This document shows positions 9,076 through 19,638 of a stretch of DNA of 64,000 nucleotides, one piece after another. The translations under genes were made by a program, and so were the position numbers. Each line of letters begins with the position of its first letter. The first letter of the stretch is position 1. Origin of the DNA: Anaerolineae bacterium. Lineage in GTDB: Bacteria > Chloroflexota > Anaerolineae > Aggregatilineales > UBA3940. The notes below the pieces were generated by a model. It was not told the DNA's origin and ran no database searches. It saw only the letters and a program-made list of their open reading frames with translations. Location: positions 231,480 to 295,479 of the forward strand of contig DAOTXR010000073.1 in NCBI GenBank assembly GCA_034435375.1, read 5' to 3'.

Positions 9076-10092
9076 ATGGCCGAAGTATCGCGCAGTATCT
9101 CATCGGGGCGGGTTGCCGTGCAGCGACCACGCCTCTTCGCGCTGGGTGAATGGCTGCGCAGGCCGCATGTCCGCAGCCTGCGCGAGAGACTGATCCGCAT
9201 TTCCCTCTTCCTGTGCGGGGTCCTCTCAGTGCTGACAACCCTGGGGATCATTTTCTCGCTGTTCACCGAAGCCATCGGGTTTTTCGCACGTCCTGAGGTC
9301 AACCTGTTCCAGTACCTGACCGGCACGACCTGGAGACCTCTGGCTGAGCCATACGTGCCGGAGAACTTCGGCGTGCTGCCGCTGATCAACGGGACGTTGC
9401 TGGTGGCAGTCCTGTCCGGCCTGGTTGCCATTCCCCTGGGCCTGGGCAGCGCCGTGTTTCTGAGCGAGTATGCGGGCGAGAAACTGAGAGCTACACTCAA
9501 GCCCATCCTGGAAATCCTGGCTGGCATTCCCAGCGTCGTTTACGGCTACTTTGCCCTCAGCCTGATCACGCCAGCGCTGCGCAGCATAGCAGACCGATTG
9601 GGCGCCTTGTTGAACACTGAGATCCGTATAAGTTTCACCAACGCCGCCAGCGCCTCTATTGCGCTTGGCATCATGATCATCCCGCTTGTGGCCTCGATTA
9701 GCGAAGATGCCATGCGCAGCGTACCGCGCGCTTTGCGCGAGGGGGCTTATGCCCTGGGCGCAACCCGGTTCGAGGTCGCCTTCCGCGTCGTAGTTCCCGC
9801 CGCATTGAGCGGCATTCTGGCCGGGTTCATCCTGGCCTTCTCGCGGGCTATTGGAGAGACCATGATCGTCGCTATCGCCGCCGGATCGACCCCCCGCGTG
9901 ACGCTGAACCCCTTCACCAGCATTCAGACCGTCACTGGCTTCATTGTGCAAGTCAGCTTTGGCGATAACCCCGTTGGTTCACTGAGCAGCCAGGCGATCT
10001 TTGCGGTGGGCGCTACGCTGTTCGTGCTGACCTTCATCATGAACATCGTCAGCGACTGGATCATGCGAACCTTCCGAGAGGTGTATGACTGA
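9076..10092 (+). CDS. pstC: Phosphate ABC transporter permease PstC
   Basis: [28 protein letters not shown] loop; TGATG overlap with the next gene. Confidence 0.95.
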   Translation: MAEVSRSISSGRVAVQRPRLFALGEWLRRPHVRSLRERLIRISLFLCGVLSVLTTLGIIFSLFTEAIGFFARPEVNLFQYLTGTTWRPLAEPYVPENFGVLPLINGTLLVAVLSGLVAIPLGLGSAVFLSEYAGEKLRATLKPILEILAGIPSVVYGYFALSLITPALRSIADRLGALLNTEIRISFTNAASASIALGIMIIPLVASISEDAMRSVPRALREGAYALGATRFEVAFRVVVPAALSGILAGFILAFSRAIGETMIVAIAAGSTPRVTLNPFTSIQTVTGFIVQVSFGDNPVGSLSSQAIFAVGATLFVLTFIMNIVSDWIMRTFREVYD

Positions 10093-11162
10093 TGGCCACA
10101 ACAACTCGACGCCGGGAAGCGATCAAACCATCGGAACCTGCTGTGCTGGCTCGGCGCAAAAAAGCAGTGGGGCTTATCGCACACTATGTACTGCTAGCGT
10201 GCGTCCTGTTCGGGCTTCTGATGCTGGTCGCGCTGTTGGTGGATGTTGCGATTGAGGGCCTGCCGTGGGTCCGCCCGACGTTGTTCAATAGCTACCATTC
10301 ACGGCACCCCGAAGAGGCCGGAATGAAATCGGCCATCGTCGGCAGTGTGATCATCTTGGCCCTGACAGCGCTGTTCAGCTTCCCTTTGGGCGTGGGGACT
10401 GCTGTCTACCTGGAAGAGTATGCGCCCAAACACTGGTTGACCAACCTGATCAACATCAACATCTCGAACCTGGCAGGAGTGCCATCGGTGATCTACGGTC
10501 TGCTAGGGCTGGCAGTGTTCGCCCGCTTCTTTGGGGCGTTCCAACCAGGCAGCCCGTTGACACTGTTGTTGACCGGCCAGCCTGCTCTACTGCTCGGCCA
10601 GCAGGTCCAGTTGCCGTTCAGCGTGGCCGATGCGCTGGGGTGGGAAGCCGGGGCGCGTGGCGGTTTCACCCTGCATCTTCTGGGTCTGGCCATCAAGCTG
10701 CCATTTGAGAAGAGCCTGCTGGCTGGCAGCTTGACGATGACGCTGCTGGTCCTGCCAACCGTCATCATCGCAGCACGCGAGGCGGTACGAGCCGTGCCAT
10801 CCTCGATCCGCGAAGCAGCCTATGCGCTAGGCGCCACGCCCTGGCAGGTCACTTCACGCCAGGTGCTCCCAGCGGCTATTCCGGGCATCCTAACGGGCAT
10901 GATCCTGGCCCTGGGTCGCGCCATGGGCGAGGCAGCGCCGCTGATCATCTTGGGCGCATACACCTACGTGCCTTTCCTGCCAGCTTCGATCTGGGACGTG
11001 TTCACCGTTATGCCGATTCAGATCTACCTGTGGATCAGCCTGCCCCAGCACGAGTTCCGCTTCAACCTGGCCGGAGCGGGCATCTTGGTGCTGCTGGTTG
11101 TGCTGCTGGCGATGAATGCCCTGGCAGTGTACCTGCGCAACAAGTTTGAGATTAAGTGGTAA
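10092..11162 (+). CDS. pstA: Phosphate ABC transporter permease PstA
   Basis: [38 protein letters not shown]. Confidence 0.95.
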   Translation: MATTTRRREAIKPSEPAVLARRKKAVGLIAHYVLLACVLFGLLMLVALLVDVAIEGLPWVRPTLFNSYHSRHPEEAGMKSAIVGSVIILALTALFSFPLGVGTAVYLEEYAPKHWLTNLININISNLAGVPSVIYGLLGLAVFARFFGAFQPGSPLTLLLTGQPALLLGQQVQLPFSVADALGWEAGARGGFTLHLLGLAIKLPFEKSLLAGSLTMTLLVLPTVIIAAREAVRAVPSSIREAAYALGATPWQVTSRQVLPAAIPGILTGMILALGRAMGEAAPLIILGAYTYVPFLPASIWDVFTVMPIQIYLWISLPQHEFRFNLAGAGILVLLVVLLAMNALAVYLRNKFEIKW

Positions 11163-11168
11163 TGTTGT

Positions 11169-12047
11169 ATGATGAAACACCTGAGACATACTATGGACAT
11201 CGGCAAAATGGATGAATCTCTTCCAGAGACAGCACAGACGCAAGCACACGCTGTTGTCTCTCCAGCGACCGACGATGTTGTGATCGACACCCGCCATCTC
11301 AGTGTCTGGTATGGCGACAAACTGGCCGTGCACGACATCTCGATTCAGTTCTACCGTAACCAGATCACCGCCATCATCGGCCCTTCAGGCTGCGGCAAGA
11401 GCACCCTGCTGCGCTGCTATAATCGCCTGAACGACCTGATCCCCACCGCGCGAGTCGAGGGGGATGTGATATACAATGGGCACAACATCTACGGGCCAGG
11501 GGTGGACCCAGTGGACATCCGCCGCCGGATCGGGATGGTCTTCCAGAAGCCCAACCCTTTCCCCAAGAGCATCTACGACAACGTGGCCTTTGGCCCCCGC
11601 ATCAACGGCTACCGGGGCAACCTAGACGACATCGTCGAGTGGTCACTGCAGCAGGCTGCACTGTGGGATGAGGTCAAGGACAAGCTGCACGAGAGCGGAC
11701 TGGCCTTGTCGGGTGGTCAGCAGCAACGATTGTGCATCGCCCGCGCCATCGCGATTGAGCCTGAGGTGATTCTGATGGACGAGCCGGCCTCCGCGCTCGA
11801 CCCAATCGCCACGCTCAAAATCGAGGAGCTGATGCAGCAGCTGAAACAGAACTACAGCATCCTGATCGTCACCCACAACATGCAGCAAGCTGCCCGCGTC
11901 TCAGACATGGCGGCCTTCATTTCTATCGACCGCGAACGGCCTGAGGAACGAATCGGGGTGTTGGTGGAATACGGTCCCACCACCCAGATCTTTACCAACC
12001 CGCAGCTTAAGGAGACCGAGGACTACATCACAGGGAGATTTGGATGA
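11169..12047 (+). CDS. pstB: Phosphate ABC transporter ATPase PstB (exact start uncertain)
   Basis: [46 protein letters not shown]. Confidence 0.97.
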   Translation: MMKHLRHTMDIGKMDESLPETAQTQAHAVVSPATDDVVIDTRHLSVWYGDKLAVHDISIQFYRNQITAIIGPSGCGKSTLLRCYNRLNDLIPTARVEGDVIYNGHNIYGPGVDPVDIRRRIGMVFQKPNPFPKSIYDNVAFGPRINGYRGNLDDIVEWSLQQAALWDEVKDKLHESGLALSGGQQQRLCIARAIAIEPEVILMDEPASALDPIATLKIEELMQQLKQNYSILIVTHNMQQAARVSDMAAFISIDRERPEERIGVLVEYGPTTQIFTNPQLKETEDYITGRFG

Positions 12048-12481
12048 ACCGCCGGCGAGTGCTGTTCCTGTGCACCGGCAACTCGGCCCGCAGCCAGATG
12101 GCCGAAGGGTTGGTCAACCACTTTCTGGGCCAGCAGTGGCAGGCCCTTTCGGCAGGAACACACCCTGCGGTCGAGGTACACCCCGTGGCTATCCAGGCTA
12201 TGGCTGAGCTGGGCATTGACATCTCCCAGCAGAAGCCCAAGCCAGTGGCCGAGTTCCGCGACATGGCCTTCGACGTGGTCATCACGGTGTGCGACAGCGC
12301 TGCACAGGAGTGTCCGCTTTGGTTGGGATCAGGGCTGGTGAAGCATTTCAGTTTTCCTGACCCGGCCTCCGCGCAAGGCAGCGAGGCCGAGCGTTTGGCA
12401 GCCTTCCGCGAGGTGCGTGACGGCCTGCGCGAGCAGGTGTTGCCCTATCTGAGAACCATCGGGGTTCCTACGGCGGATTGA
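12044..12481 (+). CDS. arsC: Thioredoxin-type arsenate reductase (LMW-PTP fold)
   Basis: P-loop [12 protein letters not shown], resolving Cys pair [12 protein letters not shown] motif; ATGA overlap with pstB. Confidence 0.85.
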   Translation: MNRRRVLFLCTGNSARSQMAEGLVNHFLGQQWQALSAGTHPAVEVHPVAIQAMAELGIDISQQKPKPVAEFRDMAFDVVITVCDSAAQECPLWLGSGLVKHFSFPDPASAQGSEAERLAAFREVRDGLREQVLPYLRTIGVPTAD

Positions 12482-12623
12482 GCGCCTTCGAGGTGAGCTT
12501 CATCACCGCGCCAGAAGCCCAGCGCGCCGGAAACGGCGGCTGGCGGCCACTGGGGGCAGGTTGTGGGCGTGCTCAAAGGCAGCAGGGGACGGTATGACGT
12601 GCTTGCCGTGTCTAGGCATACCG

Positions 12624-13736
12624 TCATTCCCTGAGGTACACCGCTTTTCTCACCGCGACCTTCTCCAGCCCGTCGAGCCTCACAGCCACGCCCAGGCCCG
12701 GCCCCTGCGGCACCTCCAGCGTGCCGTCAGGGTTCAGCACAAAGGGCGGATCGACGATGTCCTCATGCCAGTAGCGGTCCGAAGCGGAGATGTCGCCGGG
12801 CAGGGTAAAGTTAGGCAGCGACGCCACGGCCAGATTAGCTGCCCGCCCAACGCCCGACTCCAGCAGGCCACCACACCACACCGGAATGCCGCGTTCCTGG
12901 CACAGATCATGGACAGCGCGGGCTGCTGTCATGCCACCCACACGCGGCGGCTTGATATTGATGATGCGACAGCTTCCCAGCGTCAGCGCCTCGCGTGCAC
13001 GCCGCACCGACGTGATGCTTTCGTCTAGGCAGATCGGCGTCTTCATCTCGCGCTGAAGCGCAGCATGGTCGAGCAGATCGTCATAGGCGAGCGGCTGTTC
13101 GATCATCAGCAGATCGTACTCGTCGAGCGCATGCAGCAGAGGCGCGTCGGCCAGGGTGTAGGCCGAGTTGGCGTCGGCCATAAGGGCAAGGTCGGGGAAG
13201 CGCTCACGGATAGCCGCCACGATCGCTACATCCCAGCCCGGTTTGATTTTGACCTTGATGCGCTGGTAGCCCTGACCACGATACTCAGTGACGCGATCCA
13301 ACAACTCAACAACCGACCCCTGAACGCCAATGCTGACTCCACACTCAACGCGGATGCGCGTTCCACCGAGCAGCTTCGAAATCGAGACGCCGGCCAGCTG
13401 CGCTTCCAGGTCCCATACCGCAGCCTCCAGCCCAGCTTTGGCCATGGGGTGGCCGCGTGCTCGCGCAAACAGCGTGGGGAGGTCGGAGGCATGTGCAACC
13501 GGCCCGCCCAGCAGCAGAGGGATGAGCAGGTCACGCTGGACGTGCCAGCACGTCTCGACTGTATCGGGGGAGTAGAGGGGCAGCCTCTCTACCGGTGATT
13601 CACCATACCCCACCAGCCCCTCGGCGTAGACAGCAACGATCACCTTCTCGACCACCTCCTCGCGTCCGAAGCTGGTCTCGAAGGGGCGCTTGAGGGGCAT
13701 CTGAACATGGAACTGCTCAACACGGTCAATATTCAT
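12624..13736 (-). CDS. menC: o-succinylbenzoate synthase / N-succinylamino acid racemase (enolase superfamily, NSAR/OSBS subfamily)
   Basis: KVKIKPG, DANSAY, IEQP, LDES, NIKPPRVGG, WCGGLLESGVG, PGDISASDRY. Confidence 0.85.
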   Translation of the reverse strand: MNIDRVEQFHVQMPLKRPFETSFGREEVVEKVIVAVYAEGLVGYGESPVERLPLYSPDTVETCWHVQRDLLIPLLLGGPVAHASDLPTLFARARGHPMAKAGLEAAVWDLEAQLAGVSISKLLGGTRIRVECGVSIGVQGSVVELLDRVTEYRGQGYQRIKVKIKPGWDVAIVAAIRERFPDLALMADANSAYTLADAPLLHALDEYDLLMIEQPLAYDDLLDHAALQREMKTPICLDESITSVRRAREALTLGSCRIINIKPPRVGGMTAARAVHDLCQERGIPVWCGGLLESGVGRAANLAVASLPNFTLPGDISASDRYWHEDIVDPPFVLNPDGTLEVPQGPGLGVAVRLDGLEKVAVRKAVYLRE

Positions 13737-14688
13737 CGTAGGCTTCCTCAGGCTCAGCCAGAAACGACTGGCGGGCTATAGCAGCCACGTCAAACTCGCG
13801 CGTCAACACGTAGGTGCTACGCCGCGTCCCTCCTTCGATCTGCGAGGCAAACCAGGTGACGGAGTATCCCGCCTGGAAGGCGGCTTCCATCAGCTCACGA
13901 ATGTGGAAGCGCCATGCCTGCGCCAAGCCCATGTCAGCCGACTTGATGGCGGCGAACTCGCCAGGGATCTCCACCAGGATGCGCGGCAGGTCCGGCAGGT
14001 CAAAGTTCGCAGCGGGCGCACGCAAACCGTCCGGGCGGACCACAGACGGGTTGACAATCGGGATCTCGCCGTGCAGCCAGGCCTGCGCGTCGGGCTGCGA
14101 GAGGCCCTGCATCCGGCGCAGGACGTGCTCGCTGGCAATCCACCACTCAACCTCGAAACGGTCGGTAGGCAGCCCGGCGTTGATGCCGGGTAGCTCATCA
14201 TAGATATTGCGAATATAGGTGCGCGAAATGCCGCCCAGACGGGTCATGTTGAAGTGAGCATTGCGGCTGAGGAGAGGGTCGAAAGTCCAGGTGACGAGTC
14301 GGAATCCTTGCGACAGGGCGATGCGGCGCTGTTCTTTCTTCAGCTCGTAGCCAATGCCGCGATCCTGGTACTCCGGCAGGACGCCCAGCATCTGCGAGGC
14401 GTGGAAGAAGCGGGTACCCATCCACACCGAGCGCGGATCGGTTTCCGGCAACAGGCCCGGATAGCCAAACAGGAATCCCACCAGCGTCTTGCCCACAAAG
14501 GCGCCCAGCACAATGCCGCCATGCAGCACAAATGCAACGAGCAGATGCATGGGCACCACGTCACTGTCGATCATATTCCAGGTAAGGCGCTGGATGTTCT
14601 CACACTCACGCAATTCAGCGTGGGTAGAAAGCGGCTTGATGGTCAGGTCTTCGGCCATCGTCTTCGTTTCCTCGCTTTTCTCAGCCAT
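13726..14688 (-). CDS. GNAT acyltransferase, probable D-amino-acid N-succinyltransferase partner of NSAR (start uncertain)
   Basis: ASQMLGVLPEYQDRGIGYELKKEQR, WTFDPLLSRNAHFN, PTDRFEVEWW; stop overlaps the NSAR start. Confidence 0.75.
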   Translation of the reverse strand: MAEKSEETKTMAEDLTIKPLSTHAELRECENIQRLTWNMIDSDVVPMHLLVAFVLHGGIVLGAFVGKTLVGFLFGYPGLLPETDPRSVWMGTRFFHASQMLGVLPEYQDRGIGYELKKEQRRIALSQGFRLVTWTFDPLLSRNAHFNMTRLGGISRTYIRNIYDELPGINAGLPTDRFEVEWWIASEHVLRRMQGLSQPDAQAWLHGEIPIVNPSVVRPDGLRAPAANFDLPDLPRILVEIPGEFAAIKSADMGLAQAWRFHIRELMEAAFQAGYSVTWFASQIEGGTRRSTYVLTREFDVAAIARQSFLAEPEEAYDEY

Positions 14689-14772
14689 AGGGTTCACAGA
14701 TTTGCTGCTCCCGGCACGCTGATGCTACTATACGGCGTGCGCTCCGTTCCGTCAATTGGAGGAAGGCCTCGC

Positions 14773-15726
14773 ATGGCACGGATCGTCTTTCTGGGCACAC
14801 CGGAGTTCGCCGTTCCCAGCCTGCAAGCGCTGATGGATCACCCGGACTTCGAGATCGTAGGGGTGGTCACCCAGCCGGACCGCCCTGCCGGGCGTGGTCA
14901 GCGGGTGCAGCAGTCGGCAGTCAAGCAACGGGCAGTGGCGCTGGGCCTGCCCGTGTTCCAGCCGACAACTCTCCGCGACGAGTCTGCGGTGGCGCATCTA
15001 CGCAGCTGGCAGCCCGACGTGATCGTCGTGGCGGCCTTTGGCCAGATTCTGCGTCAGCCTGTGCTAGAGTTGGCACCACATGGCTGTGTAAACGTCCACG
15101 CCTCGCTGCTGCCACGCTGGCGCGGCGCGGCGCCGATCCAGTACGCCATCCGCGCCGGGGACACCCAGACCGGCATAACGATCATGCAGATGGATGCCGG
15201 TCTGGACACCGGACCGATTCTGGCGCAGCGGGCCATCCCGATCGCGCCGGACGAGACTGCTGCCACGCTGCATGACAAGCTCTCAACCCTCGGCGCAGAG
15301 ATGTTGCCCGGCACGCTGATCGGCATGTTGAGCGGGGAGATCAAGCCGCAGCCGCAGCCCGACGAGGGCGCCACACTCGCTCCGACGCTCAGCAAGGAGG
15401 CCGGGCGCATTGACTGGTCGCAGCCGGCAGTGGAGATCGACCGGCAGGTGCGGGCCTACGATCCGTGGCCGGGAGCGTTCACCTTTGTAGACGGAGAAAT
15501 GCTGAAGGTTATCAGCGGCAGTCCGCGCCCGGATGAGGAACGCGGCGCGCCACCAGGGACGCTGATCACTGTAAGTGCAGTCGATCAGCCACCTCTGCCG
15601 GGTGTACAAACCGGGGCTGGGCTGTATGTGTTGGAGTCAGTCCAGCCCGCCGGGAAAAAGCGTATGACCGGCCAGGCGTATCTGGCCGGTCATCGGGATC
15701 GGATCGGGATGCGGGTGGGCAGCTAA
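14773..15726 (+). CDS. fmt: Methionyl-tRNA formyltransferase
   Basis: FLGTPEFA, TQPDRPAGRG, NVHASLLPRWRGAAPIQ, MDAGLDTG. Confidence 0.97.
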   Translation: MARIVFLGTPEFAVPSLQALMDHPDFEIVGVVTQPDRPAGRGQRVQQSAVKQRAVALGLPVFQPTTLRDESAVAHLRSWQPDVIVVAAFGQILRQPVLELAPHGCVNVHASLLPRWRGAAPIQYAIRAGDTQTGITIMQMDAGLDTGPILAQRAIPIAPDETAATLHDKLSTLGAEMLPGTLIGMLSGEIKPQPQPDEGATLAPTLSKEAGRIDWSQPAVEIDRQVRAYDPWPGAFTFVDGEMLKVISGSPRPDEERGAPPGTLITVSAVDQPPLPGVQTGAGLYVLESVQPAGKKRMTGQAYLAGHRDRIGMRVGS

Positions 15727-15760
15727 GTGTTTTCCCGGCGGCAGCGTCTATTGTCCCTGA

Positions 15761-16240
15761 CTATGGCTTGCCTGCGGCCAGGGTTCGGTCGATCTGCTCG
15801 AGGTGCCCTTCGCCGTGGTCGGCGTAGATGCGCAGCAGGTCCTCCAGGGTAACCTCGCCGATCTCCTGGTGCAGTCCGATCCGCTGCCATTCGGCCTCTT
15901 GTAGGCTCTCTAGCAACGTTGCCCAACGGCGGTGCAGCCCACGCAGCAGCAAGAGCGAGTCCTCAACCGAGGGGTTATCGGCGTCGGGTCTCTCGGCCCA
16001 TAGCTCCTGGCGATAGGGCTTGAGGGTGGGCCTATCCTCAGTCAGGATCAGTTTGAAGCGGATGAAGCTGTTCATGTGCGAGTCAGCCAGGTGGTGAACA
16101 TTCTGCGCCACAGTCCACTCGCCAGGAATGAAGTGAGTGGCGAGCTGCTCAGCGCTAAGCGGTCCGACCACCGCCTCAAGCTGATCCGGCAGGCGACGGA
16201 TTTTGTCGATCATCTCACGACGCTGTTCGTTGGTCAGCAT
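15761..16240 (-). CDS. YfiT/DinB-family metal-dependent protein (bacillithiol transferase-like)
   Basis: WTVAQNVHHLADSH, FKLILTEDRPTLKPY, YADHGEGHLEQI His triad. Confidence 0.85.
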   Translation of the reverse strand: MLTNEQRREMIDKIRRLPDQLEAVVGPLSAEQLATHFIPGEWTVAQNVHHLADSHMNSFIRFKLILTEDRPTLKPYRQELWAERPDADNPSVEDSLLLLRGLHRRWATLLESLQEAEWQRIGLHQEIGEVTLEDLLRIYADHGEGHLEQIDRTLAAGKP

Positions 16241-16403
16241 GGTTATCCCTCCTAGGCCATAGCTTCTGGAGCCGCACCGCTGTCGGCGCTTGGCTCCTGT
16301 CTTCGTTGTCCCTTCAAGGCCGGGTCATTCTACTCTCATTCGCGATGGAAAGGTAAACCAACGTGTTATAATTCATGCCAACAAAGCCATTTGAGGGGAA
16401 AAG

Positions 16404-17408
16404 ATGCCCAACAGGCATATTCTGCTTGCCGCATCGCTTGTGTTTGCCGCTTGCCTCCTGGTCGGACCGGCTCTGGCCCAGCAGACCGAGACGATTGCCA
16501 CACTGCGCATCAGCCTCTGGCCTGAGTTCGACCAGCCCTCGGTGTTGGTGTTCTACACAGGTGAAGTTCGGGCCGATGCTGTGTTGCCAGTCGATTTGCG
16601 CTTCCCGCTGCCAGAAGGCGCGTCGGTCAACGCCGTAGCCTATCGCAGCGAGAGCGGCCAGCTCGTCAACGCTCCCTTTACCGTCGAGGACGCCACGCTG
16701 CGCATGACATCGCCTAACGGCTCGTTTCACGTCGAGTTCTACGACACGACGCTCCAGATCGACGGGCAGACCAGACACTACACATTGACGTGGGCCTCGA
16801 TGCACCCCGTAGAATCGCTGATCTGGGAGGTTCAGCAGCCAGCGGGAGCAGGCAACCTGACTCTGACACCCGGCATGAGCACACTGCACAAAGATGAGTT
16901 CGGGCTGAACCTGTACCGCCGTGAGGTAGGAGCAGTCGAGGCAGGAGAGATCGCCAGCATCATACTGAGCTACGACAAGCCAATCCCAGCCCTGACCGTG
17001 GAGCAGCTCCAGGGCACAGCCAGCGTCCCCCCACGGTCCAAAATGCCGTGGGGGTGGATCGCAGTGGCGGCAGTGGCGGCAGTGACAGCCGTGGCAGCAG
17101 CAGAGCTGGGTGCGATGCTGTATCGCCGCAGGAGACAGGGCAAGGCTGCGCCAGAGGGTCCAGCGACCGAGGAAGAGGACACCTCAAGTGCGGCGGGTGA
17201 AGGGGATGATCTAACCGAGCGTGAGATCGAGGTGCTGAAGCTGGTCGCTGAGGGGCTAGTAAACCGGCAGATCGGCGAGCGGCTGGGGATCAGCCCCAAG
17301 ACAGCCGCCCGCCACCGCGAGAACATCATGCGCAAGCTCCACCTGCATAGCCGAACCGACCTGGTAAAGTACGCCATCCAGAAGGGGCTGATCGACATCG
17401 ACTCGTGA
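16404..17408 (+). CDS. Membrane-anchored LuxR-type regulator: signal peptide, extracytoplasmic domain, TM helix, C-terminal LuxR HTH
   Basis: N-terminal signal ending PALA-QQ, TM WGWIAVAAVAAVTAVAAAELGAMLY followed by RRRR, then LTEREIEVLKLVAEGLVNRQIGERLGISPKTAARHRENIMRKL. Confidence 0.8.
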   Translation: MPNRHILLAASLVFAACLLVGPALAQQTETIATLRISLWPEFDQPSVLVFYTGEVRADAVLPVDLRFPLPEGASVNAVAYRSESGQLVNAPFTVEDATLRMTSPNGSFHVEFYDTTLQIDGQTRHYTLTWASMHPVESLIWEVQQPAGAGNLTLTPGMSTLHKDEFGLNLYRREVGAVEAGEIASIILSYDKPIPALTVEQLQGTASVPPRSKMPWGWIAVAAVAAVTAVAAAELGAMLYRRRRQGKAAPEGPATEEEDTSSAAGEGDDLTEREIEVLKLVAEGLVNRQIGERLGISPKTAARHRENIMRKLHLHSRTDLVKYAIQKGLIDIDS

Positions 17409-17445
17409 TCCAGCAGGCTGGCGTCAAATTCTCCAGGGAAAGGAA

Positions 17446-17468
17446 ACCGGCGCGCCCATCGCGCCGGT
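17446..17468. terminator. Hairpin between convergent genes
   Basis: ACCGGCGCG-CCCAT-CGCGCCGGT. Confidence 0.55.
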
Positions 17469-17510
17469 AGATGCACATCCCAGAGGGATCAGGCCAGCCC
17501 AATACCTCGA

Positions 17511-19580
17511 TTAAGGCAGGCTCTCTGGCCCCCCGATCCGCTCCACTTTGACCGCGCATACTTTGTATTCGGGTATCTTGGCCACGGGGTCGACGACATT
17601 GTTAGTGAGCACATTGCCCAGCGCCTCGGCAAAGTGGAAGGTCATGAAGATCAGCCCTGCGCGGGGCCGCCCCGTGACCCATGCCCGGGCCGTCACCGCG
17701 CCACGACGCGATGAGACACGGACCCAGTCGCCATCGGCAATGCCCAGCCGGGCAGCGTCTGCCGGGTTGATCTCCACCCGCTCCTCCGGAGCGAGGAAAT
17801 CCAGGCCGCCCACGCGGCGTGTCATCGTGCCGGTGTGGTAGTGCTGGAGAATGCGCCCCGTGGTGAGCATCAGCGGGTACTCACTGTCGGGCAGCTCGGC
17901 GGCAGGTTGGTGGTGGACCGGCGTAAAGCTACCTCTGCCGCGTGGAAACTGCTCCGCATGCAGCACTGGTGTGCCGGGATGATCTGCGGATGGGCATGGC
18001 CATTGTAAGCCGTCGCCGTCCAGCCGGTCATAGGAGATGCCGCCATAGATGGGCGTCACCTCAGCGATCTCGTCCATGATGTCTGCCGGATCGGCGTAGT
18101 CCCAGCCAGTCGCCCCCATACGCTGAGCAATCTCACAGAAGATCTGCCAGTCGGCGCGGGCCTGGCCGGGCGGCTCCAGCGCTTTGCGCACACGTTGCAC
18201 GCGCCGCTCAGTATTGGTGAAAGTGCCGTCCTTCTCAGCGTAAGCGGCTGCCGGAAACACCACATGCGCATGCTCGGTGGTCTGGTTGAGGAAGATGTCT
18301 TGACACACCAGGAATTCGGTGCGCTCCAGGCACTCCCGCACGTGCTGAGAGTCGGGATCGCTCATAGCGGGGTTCTCGCCCATAAAGTAGAGGGCGCGCA
18401 CCCGTCCATCGTGGGCTGCCTGAAGCATCTCGGTGAGCGTCAAACCGGGTTGGGGCGGAGGCTGCGGTCGTCCATAGTAGGCAGCCATTTTCTCCCGCAC
18501 CGCCTCGTCAGTGACGCGCTGGTAGCCGGTATAGACATTGGGCAGGCCGCCCATATCACAGGCCCCTTGCACATTGTTCTGGCCACGCAGCGGATTGACG
18601 CCGCCGCCCCGCACTCCCAGGTTGCCGGTCAGCATGGCCAGGTTGGCGACCGCCAGCACGTTTTGATGGCCAACGGTATGCTGGGTAATGCCCATGGCGT
18701 AGAAGATCGAGGCTGGGCGATTGCCGCCGTAGATGCGAGCCGCGCGGATCAGGTCCTCGTCCGGCACCCCGGTGATCTGGCTGACCCGCTCCGGCGGGTA
18801 CTGTTCGACTGTGGCCAGCCACGCCTCGAAGTTCTCGGTGCGCTCGGCGATGAAGGCCGAGTCGTGCAGGTTCTCTTTGAGGATAATGTGCGCCAGCCCG
18901 TTGAGCAGGGCAATGTCCGTGCCTGGTTCGTGCTTGAGATGCAGCACAGCGAAATCGGCCAGTTCAATGCAACGCGGATCGGCAACAATAAGCTGCGCCC
19001 CATATCTGCGCACCGCCGTCTTGATCTGCAGACTCAGGACGGGATGTTGTTCGGTGGTGTTGGTGCCGATAGCCAGAATAGCCTTCGCTTCGGTGATGTC
19101 GGCCATGGAGTTGGTCATTGCGCCACTGCCGAAGGCCTGCACGAGGCCCGTCACAGTTGAGCTGTGGCAAAGACGGGCGCAGTGATCGATGTTATGTGTG
19201 CCGATCACCTGCCGAGCGAGCTTCTGCATCAGATAGTTCTCTTCATTGGTGCACTTGGCGCTGCACAGCAGCGCCATGGCATCCGGGCCGCTCTCGGCGA
19301 TCACAGCGCGGAAACGATTGGCCGCCAGATCGAGCGCCTCATCCCAGGTGGCCGGTTCTAGATGGCCGTTGCGGCGAATCATCGGCGTGGTCAGCCTGTC
19401 AGGGTGCCACAAGAAGTCGTTACCAAAGCGCCCCTTGACGCACAGGGCGCCGTAGTTAGGCGCACTGTCGAAGGGGGCATCGACGCGGAAGACGACCCCT
19501 CCTTTGACGCTCAGATTAATCTGGCATCCCACGCCACAGTAGGGGCATGTGGTTTTGACGACGGTCTCTGCCTGGATCAT
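17511..19580 (-). CDS. fdhF: Formate dehydrogenase alpha subunit (Mo/W-bisPGD), Cys-type
   Basis: TTCPYCGVGC...LCVKG Fe-S motif, DHCARLCH active site (TGC codon), PLRGQNNVQG, LTTGRILQHY; start at MIQAET after a GAAGGTG RBS. Confidence 0.93.
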   Translation of the reverse strand: MIQAETVVKTTCPYCGVGCQINLSVKGGVVFRVDAPFDSAPNYGALCVKGRFGNDFLWHPDRLTTPMIRRNGHLEPATWDEALDLAANRFRAVIAESGPDAMALLCSAKCTNEENYLMQKLARQVIGTHNIDHCARLCHSSTVTGLVQAFGSGAMTNSMADITEAKAILAIGTNTTEQHPVLSLQIKTAVRRYGAQLIVADPRCIELADFAVLHLKHEPGTDIALLNGLAHIILKENLHDSAFIAERTENFEAWLATVEQYPPERVSQITGVPDEDLIRAARIYGGNRPASIFYAMGITQHTVGHQNVLAVANLAMLTGNLGVRGGGVNPLRGQNNVQGACDMGGLPNVYTGYQRVTDEAVREKMAAYYGRPQPPPQPGLTLTEMLQAAHDGRVRALYFMGENPAMSDPDSQHVRECLERTEFLVCQDIFLNQTTEHAHVVFPAAAYAEKDGTFTNTERRVQRVRKALEPPGQARADWQIFCEIAQRMGATGWDYADPADIMDEIAEVTPIYGGISYDRLDGDGLQWPCPSADHPGTPVLHAEQFPRGRGSFTPVHHQPAAELPDSEYPLMLTTGRILQHYHTGTMTRRVGGLDFLAPEERVEINPADAARLGIADGDWVRVSSRRGAVTARAWVTGRPRAGLIFMTFHFAEALGNVLTNNVVDPVAKIPEYKVCAVKVERIGGPESLP

Positions 19581-19638
19581 GTGAATCACACCTTCCCAAA
19601 GTGTTGCCAGAGCGAACGAGCACAGCCCTGGGCGGGCT

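Noticed and set aside
19162-19176. Possible selenocysteine in the FDH active site
   Set aside because: The codon in CARL-C-H is TGC (Cys), not TGA, and the frame is uninterrupted.
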